Positions 1-8,237 of a stretch of DNA of 64,000 bases are shown in pieces. The DNA lies in contig CALVIC010000003.1 in NCBI GenBank assembly GCA_944329365.1, positions 8,437 through 72,436 on the forward strand. Direction: 5' to 3'. Made by a program: the position numbers and the translations under genes. The notes under the pieces are model-generated. The model searched no databases and was not told where the DNA came from. It saw nothing but the letters and a program-made list of their open reading frames with translations. Position 1 is the stretch's first letter. Each line of letters starts with the position of its first letter. The stretch is from an uncultured Bacilli bacterium (GTDB taxonomy: Bacteria; Bacillota_I; Bacilli_A; RF39; UBA660).

Positions 1-131
1 TACTACATTTAGAAGGTGAGAATAGAAATATGATGAAGGATTGTGATGCATGTGATGATATATTAAAATGTGCAAATGAAGCATATAGGAAGGCAAAACT
101 TAATGGTAAAAAATACCCCAAAATTTTATAA
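1..131 (+). CDS. 3' end of an ORF entering from the left edge, or a 33-aa Cys-rich micro-ORF starting at ATG 30; hypothetical
   Basis: Frame 3 is open from nt 3 to TAA at 129-131. ATG at 30-32 is preceded by AGGTGAG (14-20). Peptide is MMKDCDACDDILKCANEAYRKAKLNGKKYPKIL. No family recognised. Confidence 0.2.
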   Translation, partial: LHLEGENRNMMKDCDACDDILKCANEAYRKAKLNGKKYPKIL

Positions 132-257
132 AACATGTAAAAGAAAGAGACAAAAAGTTAAATAAAAAAATCAGTCATTATAGAGAGAATCGTCTAATAA
201 GTCTCAAAATAACTGATTTTATCATGTGTGTTAAGAGAAGAATATAATTGAATATAC

Positions 258-3200
258 TTAGCAAATGTTTTCTAATACTTTTTTTATAATTTCTAATGCA
301 TATTTTCTCTTCAACCTATGGTGAAAAGCTTGATTATTATAATTTCGTAGACAATTATAACAAGAAGTGTTTTCGTCACAACAATTCTGATTAACTTTGT
401 TTTTAGCACATTTAAATACTTCTATAAACATACTCTTATCCATGATTCTTTTTACATGGCCTGCTCCGCCAGGAACATTATCAAAAACAATTAAGTCATA
501 ATTATTATATTTATTCTTTACCACTAAACCATCTATGTCTTTCCTTTCAATAGAAAATTCTTGACTAATTCCTTCTAAAATGGCATATAAAGTGGATAAA
601 GCTTTATCTTTATCGTTTAGATTTTTAATTGATATTTTGGCAACATCTGTTTTAAATTTATGTCCTAATGAAATATGCCATAAATCTTCATCCGGACAAT
701 TAAATCCCTTGAAATCTACATGATTCATTTTTATTTTTTCACTTCCATATGCCGTTTTATCAATTTTTGTATATCCACACGTTTTACACATATAGAATGG
801 ATTTTTGTTGAGAATAAGCAATTCATCATCAGAGGATGTTTCAATTGTTATATAATTATTAGCACCAATCATTAATTTGTTTTCATCTTTTTTTCCGTTC
901 CCAATGTATGATGTCATTCCTGTATAAGTTTTTTTAGGTTTTTTCCTTGTACTTTCATTGGTTTTTCCTGTTTTAAATCCATATATTGGCTCAATAAAGA
1001 AGTTGTTAATAATTTCTTCGTTAGGTGCTTCACAATATTGACATTTCTTTAATTTTTCTGGAAATAAACTTATATTTTCTCTTTCGCAAAATGGACAAGT
1101 GTAATAATAATTTCTAGCAAATTCTTGTGTTTTTGGGAGAGAAATATATCTCGATGTATACTTTATTTTATCAACAATTATTTCTGATTCGGGTGCATAT
1201 TCTGAAATAGCTATACTTAAGTCTCTACTTAGATCATAATCATTATTTATTTTACCATTATCCCATATTTCTAAATTTACTAAATCTATTGGAAATCCAT
1301 ATTTTGGTATAACATTATATTTTGTTAAATTTTTTATTACACTATCTTTTTTTATTTCGTTTACTTGTGTTTGATAATAATCTGCATTTTTAAAATCATT
1401 TTCTTCTTTAGCTTTTTCTATTTCAAAATTATATTTATTTATTGTATCAATTATATTTGTGTAAAATCCTTCTAAATAATCTCCATTATTTTTTATTTCA
1501 TCTATCCATTTATAATCAGAATACTTATTATATGTATTTGAATCTAAAATTTTTGTATTAATAAACTCGTTCAGATCATCTGGATTTTGCTCAATATATT
1601 TTTTAAATTCCTTAATTCCGTCATGGCATACTAAACTATCAATATTTTTAAAATATTCTGGATACTTTCTAAAAAAATACCCAAATGCCGTTGCCATCAA
1701 GTGTCTTAAAATAATTTTTTCATTTGTATTATTAAATTTTGGAGGTTTTATTATTCCTGAAATCATTTTATTTGGATCATCGAAATATGTATAATCATGT
1801 GATGAATAACCACAATATGTTAGTATAAAAGCAGAACTATCTTTACTTCTTCCCGCTCTTCCCGCTCTTTGAACATAATTAGCAGGTGTAGGTGGAACAT
1901 TTCTCATAAAAACCGTTTCTAGTGAGCCTATATCAATGCCCATTTCAAATGTGGTTGAACAACTAAGAATATTTATTTTTTTATCTTTAAATTCTTTTTG
2001 ATATTCTTTTGCCGTTGCTTGTGATAATTGGGCGGTATGCTCTTTAATGTTGATTCTTTCTATTTTTTTAGTCTGATATTCTTTACGATAATAATTATTT
2101 TCAAATATTTTGTCAGGGTCACATTCTTTCAATATTCCATTACAATCCTTGTTTGTACAAACATTATGAACATTATATATTGTTAATTGACCACAATTTG
2201 AACATATATAGTATTGAGTATTTTTGTAGTTATCAAGTTTATATTTACTTGCAGATATTTGATAGACTTCATCACTTATTGAATTACCACTTTCACATAT
2301 ATTACCTTCTACTCCTATTTCATTAAAGATAATCTCTATAATATTACACGCTTCTTCGTGAGAACATTGAGCAACTTTCATTATATATTTTGTATACATA
2401 TTATCTCTGGATGAATAAACAGGTAATAAACTTCTTATATTATTATATTTAGTTTCAGTCTCATTTCTTTTGGATGATGGCTGCTTTTTTAACTTTATAT
2501 AATTATCAAATCTTCTATATGAAAGATATTCTTGTTTTTCAGAATTATTTAATCCAGAAATATTATATTCAATTGCGGGCGTAGTTCTAAAAATATTAAA
2601 TAATACATTAATAATGTTTTTTAAATCGGTTTTATTAATATTATATTTTCCAAATTCATTACTGATATCTTCTTCAGAAATTTCTTCAAAGAGATCATCT
2701 AAATCTAAGGTAAAGTGAAATAATCCTAATCCTTCAGCACTATAATTTCCGTCAATATTTAATAATTCATATAATGCCGTGATCCAAGCTTGTTTATTAC
2801 TTGATATTTTTTTGTTTGTGAACAAATTATATTTTCTAATTAAAGCATCTAATTGAGATAATAAATTATCAAATTTTATAGTTTGATAGTTATTATTTTT
2901 TATAATTTCCCATATTATTCTTTTTCTTAAAAATCTTTCATGGTTTCCTTCAAAAAAGCTTGCAAAAAAACTTGCTTGTTGTCTACTATCTGAAAAAGTA
3001 ATGAATTGTTTTACATATGGTTCTTTTGCCATTTTTAAAGTTTCGTTTCTCTTAAAAAGTACTGTTTTATAATCAGTTGTTTTTTCTGGTTCGTTGTTAT
3101 CAATGGCTTTGTATAATAATTGTGCTAGAATAGCTGTTGCTTCATCTTTTCCTATATTAATACTTCTTACTATTCCATTTTTTTGATGATGTAGACAATT

Positions 3201-4934
3201 AGGACATTCATTAATATTATTTTTCATGGAGTTAGATTTAACTTTGTAAACTGTTATTTTATATTTTTCGTCACATTTACATTTGTTATTATTTATTTTT
3301 TCAGAACTACATAGATAACCACACTTGCCACATAATTCATATTCTTCACAGTTGCTTTTATCAATATTTTCTGTTTCAGCACTATTTGGAATCATATAAT
3401 AATCTACTTCTTTTATTTTATTATCACCATAATTTTCATAAATATCAACATCATCATTTTTTCTTAAATAACCATCTATTTCTTTTCCAAAAAGGAACGA
3501 AGTATTACAATACCGACATGTACCAAGTTCAAATGTATTTAATTCATTTATCTTATTTGTAGGCGTCAAAGTTAAATATTTTTTCGGATCAATAGTAACA
3601 AATGCTCCAGATAAAGTTCTAATAAACGTATGATATTTTATATCATATAAATATTTATTATTCTTTTTTGCAACATTTATTAAATGAATTAATGAAACCA
3701 AATCTTGATCTTTATCAAAACCATTATCTTTTAGTTGTTTTATTATATCCTTAAATTGGCGATTTTTACTTGCTAGAAGATTATACAAATCATAAATGTT
3801 TTTATCTTTAATTAAAAGTTCATAGAGTATTCCCTCTATATCATTACTATTTGTTAATGTATATTTATGGGCAATGTTTTCTATTATATTTTTATTTTCT
3901 AAGTTTTCTTCTAATTCGCAATATATATCTGGATTTATTTGATATTCAATGTTTGAATCATCCAAATTTTTTCTAGTAGAAAAAATTATATCTGACTCCG
4001 AATAATTACTAGAAGTAAGTGATTTTGCAAATTCAATGATTGTTTGTTCATCTTTTCCCTTTTCACCTAATGTAGCACTAGTTAATATAAATTGCGGCTT
4101 TTTTTCAATTAGTCCAGTCAGTCTTTTTAGTAAATATGAAACTTCAATTCCTAAAGCCCCGCTATATGTATGTGCTTCATCTAATACAATAAATTTCCAA
4201 TGTCTCAAATATTCTTTATTAAAAATTTTAAAGTCGTTGGGTCTAATCAGGAGATATTCTAACATGGAATAATTTGTAAATAATAAGTGTGGAGGATTAT
4301 TTCTTATTTCTTCCCTACTTATTACCTCGTTTTGTGGTATTTTTGTGCCAAATTTTTTGAATAATTCTTCACGCGTGTTTTTATATTCTTCTTCTGTTTC
4401 TCCAGTAAAAAATCCAAATCTTATTTCAGTATAATTCATTAATATATTTCTTAGTCTATCCATTTGATCATTTACTAACGCATTCATTGGATATAATAGA
4501 ATAGCTCTTATTCCTGGCCCGTTATCTCCTTTTTCTATATCACGTAGTATTGAATTTAATATTGGATATAAAAAACTTTCTGTTTTACCTGATCCAGTGC
4601 CAGTTGTAATGACAACATTTCTACCATTTGTAATTTTTCTTAATGCTTGTTCCTGATGATAATATAATTTTTGATTAAAATCAATGTTATTAAGTTTTTT
4701 AAATAAAGGACTAACAGTTCCTTCCTCAATCAAATCATTAATTGATTTGGATGAAACAAATGGCAAGCTGATATTTAAAAAAGGACCTTTGTATAATACT
4801 TGTTTATCTAACTCCCTTTCAAACTCTGTTTTATATTCGTTATCTTTAAACGAAAATGTATCTTTTAAATATTCGCGAAATTCACTTTCAATGAATTTGG
4901 CTTCTTCTATAGGATTTAACTTTTTTTCTTTCAT
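258..4934 (-). CDS. Giant SF2 DExH helicase with a C-terminal DUF1998/MrfA-type zinc-binding domain (DruE-like)
   Basis: 1558 aa. Helicase motifs: motif I VVITTGTGSGKTESF, motif II FIVLDEAHTYSG, motif III LTSATLG, motif VI YVQRAGRAGRS near aa 1022. The C-terminus NVPGGAGHV...CCDENTSCYNCLRNYNNQAFHHRLKRKYA fits the DUF1998 signature. Several CxxC zinc-ribbon pairs are present. The ATG lies 3 nt after the stop of the upstream ORF. Confidence 0.6.
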   Translation of the reverse strand: MKEKKLNPIEEAKFIESEFREYLKDTFSFKDNEYKTEFERELDKQVLYKGPFLNISLPFVSSKSINDLIEEGTVSPLFKKLNNIDFNQKLYYHQEQALRKITNGRNVVITTGTGSGKTESFLYPILNSILRDIEKGDNGPGIRAILLYPMNALVNDQMDRLRNILMNYTEIRFGFFTGETEEEYKNTREELFKKFGTKIPQNEVISREEIRNNPPHLLFTNYSMLEYLLIRPNDFKIFNKEYLRHWKFIVLDEAHTYSGALGIEVSYLLKRLTGLIEKKPQFILTSATLGEKGKDEQTIIEFAKSLTSSNYSESDIIFSTRKNLDDSNIEYQINPDIYCELEENLENKNIIENIAHKYTLTNSNDIEGILYELLIKDKNIYDLYNLLASKNRQFKDIIKQLKDNGFDKDQDLVSLIHLINVAKKNNKYLYDIKYHTFIRTLSGAFVTIDPKKYLTLTPTNKINELNTFELGTCRYCNTSFLFGKEIDGYLRKNDDVDIYENYGDNKIKEVDYYMIPNSAETENIDKSNCEEYELCGKCGYLCSSEKINNNKCKCDEKYKITVYKVKSNSMKNNINECPNCLHHQKNGIVRSINIGKDEATAILAQLLYKAIDNNEPEKTTDYKTVLFKRNETLKMAKEPYVKQFITFSDSRQQASFFASFFEGNHERFLRKRIIWEIIKNNNYQTIKFDNLLSQLDALIRKYNLFTNKKISSNKQAWITALYELLNIDGNYSAEGLGLFHFTLDLDDLFEEISEEDISNEFGKYNINKTDLKNIINVLFNIFRTTPAIEYNISGLNNSEKQEYLSYRRFDNYIKLKKQPSSKRNETETKYNNIRSLLPVYSSRDNMYTKYIMKVAQCSHEEACNIIEIIFNEIGVEGNICESGNSISDEVYQISASKYKLDNYKNTQYYICSNCGQLTIYNVHNVCTNKDCNGILKECDPDKIFENNYYRKEYQTKKIERINIKEHTAQLSQATAKEYQKEFKDKKINILSCSTTFEMGIDIGSLETVFMRNVPPTPANYVQRAGRAGRSKDSSAFILTYCGYSSHDYTYFDDPNKMISGIIKPPKFNNTNEKIILRHLMATAFGYFFRKYPEYFKNIDSLVCHDGIKEFKKYIEQNPDDLNEFINTKILDSNTYNKYSDYKWIDEIKNNGDYLEGFYTNIIDTINKYNFEIEKAKEENDFKNADYYQTQVNEIKKDSVIKNLTKYNVIPKYGFPIDLVNLEIWDNGKINNDYDLSRDLSIAISEYAPESEIIVDKIKYTSRYISLPKTQEFARNYYYTCPFCERENISLFPEKLKKCQYCEAPNEEIINNFFIEPIYGFKTGKTNESTRKKPKKTYTGMTSYIGNGKKDENKLMIGANNYITIETSSDDELLILNKNPFYMCKTCGYTKIDKTAYGSEKIKMNHVDFKGFNCPDEDLWHISLGHKFKTDVAKISIKNLNDKDKALSTLYAILEGISQEFSIERKDIDGLVVKNKYNNYDLIVFDNVPGGAGHVKRIMDKSMFIEVFKCAKNKVNQNCCDENTSCYNCLRNYNNQAFHHRLKRKYALEIIKKVLENIC

Positions 4935-4937
4935 TTG

Positions 4938-7900
4938 CTACCTTCTTTCTACAATTAATAAACAAGAAAATATATCTGTTGCTCTATTACTTTCGATTTT
5001 ATCTAAAACTGTTCTATTGTCGAAGTCAATAAATAATCCATCACCATCTTTTGTAATACTTGCTTCTATAAGTCCATCGTTAATATCACTTGTAAAGTCA
5101 ATTTCTATCGGGTTTAAATTATTAAACATATGTTTTTGACCTTTTTTAAAAGTATAAATGTTTCCGATAAAATAAGTGTCACTTATTCTTTTTGTTATTT
5201 CAATATATGTATCATAAAGTTTATAGGTTTTGCGGGTAAAATTATTACCAATCATTTGATCAAAATCAACTGTATATATTTTAAAATACCTTCCAACAAA
5301 GTCGTCTAATGATATGTAAGAAAAATTTTCTTTATATAGAATTCTTTCTTTTCCTAATAATCCTGTTTTATCTTCTTTGATTAAAATTAAATATGTTTTA
5401 AATGAAGTTAAACCATTTACTATAAATTGTGTTTCACTACTTTCTATTTTTTTGTTAAAAATTATTTGTTTTTTTTCGTCTAATATCTCATAAGAGATAT
5501 TTCCTCGACCATAAATTGATACATTAGCTTTTAAATTCTTTGCTATTGGGTCATATTTTAAATTAGTTTTTTTTGCATTTACAAAACATTTGTTATAACA
5601 TTGTATAAGTCCTTTTACGTTATCTCCATCAAGAAATTTTAAATAAAAAATGTCTTCTTTATTATACGAAATTAACGTTCCTACATCCAATTCTTTACAA
5701 AATAAATTGTCTTTGGAATATAATGTTGTTAAAACTGTTCCATCTTTTTTTACTATATATACCTTATCATAAGCAATGCCATTTGTGACTATTTTACTTG
5801 AAAATTTAATATCTTTTGTCCAAATATATTCATTGCATCTTTTCCACATATTATTATCTATACGATATATTGGAATATTAATCGGAATTATAAATCCAAA
5901 CTCATATTTATCAAAATATATTTTATTTATGTCATTCGAATTTAAATTAATTATTTTTTCAAAAATATTTTTAGTAAAAGAAGTGCTTATTTTGACATAT
6001 AATTCATTATCAGAATATTCATCAACTAAGTAATTAAAGTCTTTGTCAACAACAACTTTAAAAACATTTGTTTTATACATTTGATTGTTTTTATGTTCCT
6101 CTATCGTAATCGTGTGAATGCCTTTTTTTAAATTGTTTATATTTATAACAAACTGCGTGCTTGCATTTTTATGTTTTTCAGTATAATTTAAATGTGTTAA
6201 TTTGTTTCTTACTCCATCTATATTTATAATGATATCATCACATGATAATTTTGTTTCATAGATTAAATATTTAATATACTTATAAATTTTCAACTTTTCT
6301 TTATTGTTGAAATAAAAAGCATTGGCTTCCACGCCGATTAAACCTGTTTTTTGTAGTGAAGAAAAACTAAATATATCATTACCAATTTTAACAGTATCTC
6401 CTTTTTTTACGTTTAAATATAAAATTTGATAATTTTTGTTTAGTAACTTATTTCTCCATGAATTTTCAATGTTAACACCATTAACGCAAAAAATAGCTAA
6501 GCCTTCATAGTCATTATTATTTTTGATTTCTCGTCCTTCTGAATTAAAAACAATATAATCTCTATATAATAAATTTTTACTATCATAAATGGTCTGATTT
6601 CCACATAATAACTTATATTCTAATTTTCCTAGAGGATTTTCAATCAATATATTCGAACATTCAATACGATATCCTCCTATAATATCGTATACATCCAAGT
6701 CTTCTTTTGAAATGATTTCATCACCATTTGAAATAACAAGTTTGAGTTTTGTATAATCATATGAGTTTTTTATTTTATGATTTGGTATTGATAAATAGAT
6801 ATTGGAACTATTTAGAAGAAATTTAGGCTCCCATCTTGATGATAATTCGATTTTTCGTTTGCTTTTCTCTTTAATCTCTTTGTTAACTTTTCTTTGCCAG
6901 ATTTCAAATCCGTAATTATAATATTTGTTATTTATAGAAGGAATTTGATTTTTCCAATAATATTCATCAATTATTTTCAAAACATTGCCACTTAATTTTA
7001 TTAAATCATTAATTCCTTTCTCATCAGTAATTAAATCTTTTGTTGTTTTAATTAATTTGTATGTTTTGTTTGTTACTTTTAAATCGATTTGATCATTTTC
7101 AAAATTATTCCCCTTAATTCCCTCATAAACAAATAATAATTCTTCTGATAAGTTTGTTTTTTCGGATATTGAATAATCAAAGTTTAGTTTATAAACATCA
7201 TATAAAAAATCAAAAAATGATGGCAAGTATTTTTGAGGTACTATGTCATTCTTTAATACAACCGAAATTATTCTTTCAGTTATTTCTTTTTGAGTATTAT
7301 ATATACTAATAATATTTCTAATTTGTCCTTCTATTTTTTGCTCTGAAAAATTATTATATATATATTTATAGATTTTTCTAACATGGTTGTAAAAATTTCC
7401 GTCATAATTAATTAATCCAATTATCGTCAAAGAAATAAATATAATGTCATAATCTATATCATATATTGAGCATTTGGTTTGCAATAATGACTGCAATTCT
7501 TCTTGTGCTTTATAGTGTATTTTATTGACTAATTTTGCATCATTAATTATATCTATTATGTCATTTCCTATTATTTCGTTATTTTTTAATTTGTACTTAA
7601 TTAGCCTTAGTTTTTTTAGATTACCATTTTCATATAATATTTCTTTAAAAGATAATATGATTTCTTTTTGTTCTTCTTTGCTCAAATAATTGTCTTTTAA
7701 GTATTTATCAATTATTTCATTAACTTTTGAAAAAAATGAATTTTCTAAATTTGATTGATTATTTTTTAACCATTTCTTTAATTTTATAATTTCTTGAAAA
7801 TTAATGATATCATCTGCTTCAATTCCTTGGATTATACCAATTAGTTCACTTTCATTATCTATTTTATTTTTAATATTATTATAATAGTTAGTAAACTTAA

Positions 7901-8111
7901 TTATTTTTTCTTTTTCTTGATTTGTTATTAAGTTATCTTTTAAAATTTGATTTAACAATTTTATAATTTTAATACAATAAATATTATTATCATTGTTGTT
8001 TTCTGTGATCCATTTTTTTAACATTTGAATTTCTTTTTCATTTATAATATTATCGTAATTTATTGAATTTAAGATTCCAAGTAATTCAGAAAATTTATTA
8101 TAATACTTCAT
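4938..8111 (-). CDS. Large protein of unknown function; DruH-like by size and position only
   Basis: 1057 aa. The N-terminus has two ~58-aa helical repeats (aa 17-73 and 97-155). The rest is Asn/Lys/Ile-rich and looks beta-rich. No catalytic motif recognised. GGGAG RBS about 10 nt upstream of the ATG. Stop TAG at 4938-4940 lies 3 nt before the helicase ATG. Confidence 0.4.
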   Translation of the reverse strand: MKYYNKFSELLGILNSINYDNIINEKEIQMLKKWITENNNDNNIYCIKIIKLLNQILKDNLITNQEKEKIIKFTNYYNNIKNKIDNESELIGIIQGIEADDIINFQEIIKLKKWLKNNQSNLENSFFSKVNEIIDKYLKDNYLSKEEQKEIILSFKEILYENGNLKKLRLIKYKLKNNEIIGNDIIDIINDAKLVNKIHYKAQEELQSLLQTKCSIYDIDYDIIFISLTIIGLINYDGNFYNHVRKIYKYIYNNFSEQKIEGQIRNIISIYNTQKEITERIISVVLKNDIVPQKYLPSFFDFLYDVYKLNFDYSISEKTNLSEELLFVYEGIKGNNFENDQIDLKVTNKTYKLIKTTKDLITDEKGINDLIKLSGNVLKIIDEYYWKNQIPSINNKYYNYGFEIWQRKVNKEIKEKSKRKIELSSRWEPKFLLNSSNIYLSIPNHKIKNSYDYTKLKLVISNGDEIISKEDLDVYDIIGGYRIECSNILIENPLGKLEYKLLCGNQTIYDSKNLLYRDYIVFNSEGREIKNNNDYEGLAIFCVNGVNIENSWRNKLLNKNYQILYLNVKKGDTVKIGNDIFSFSSLQKTGLIGVEANAFYFNNKEKLKIYKYIKYLIYETKLSCDDIIINIDGVRNKLTHLNYTEKHKNASTQFVININNLKKGIHTITIEEHKNNQMYKTNVFKVVVDKDFNYLVDEYSDNELYVKISTSFTKNIFEKIINLNSNDINKIYFDKYEFGFIIPINIPIYRIDNNMWKRCNEYIWTKDIKFSSKIVTNGIAYDKVYIVKKDGTVLTTLYSKDNLFCKELDVGTLISYNKEDIFYLKFLDGDNVKGLIQCYNKCFVNAKKTNLKYDPIAKNLKANVSIYGRGNISYEILDEKKQIIFNKKIESSETQFIVNGLTSFKTYLILIKEDKTGLLGKERILYKENFSYISLDDFVGRYFKIYTVDFDQMIGNNFTRKTYKLYDTYIEITKRISDTYFIGNIYTFKKGQKHMFNNLNPIEIDFTSDINDGLIEASITKDGDGLFIDFDNRTVLDKIESNRATDIFSCLLIVERR

Positions 8112-8237
8112 TTTATAATACTCCCATCACACAAACACTTCTCATAATACATTTATTATACAATGAATCGTTATTATTTTATATATTTTCAATAGAAATT
8201 ATTGCTTTTTTTCAACCAGTGTGTTATAAATAATTTT

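Noticed and set aside
160-225. An inverted repeat, AAATCAGT...ACTGATTT, between the convergent left-edge ORF and the helicase gene, considered as a terminator
   Set aside because: The loop is about 35 nt with no strong internal pairing, so it is too weak to call.
4036-6033. Plus-strand ORFs 4036-4272, 4684-5139 and 5776-6033, antisense to the DruE-like and DruH-like genes
   Set aside because: They are fully embedded antisense to long ORFs that carry clear helicase motifs. Their translations are Leu/Ser/Phe/Ile-rich low-complexity sequence, typical of the reverse strand of AT-rich genes. They have no RBS.
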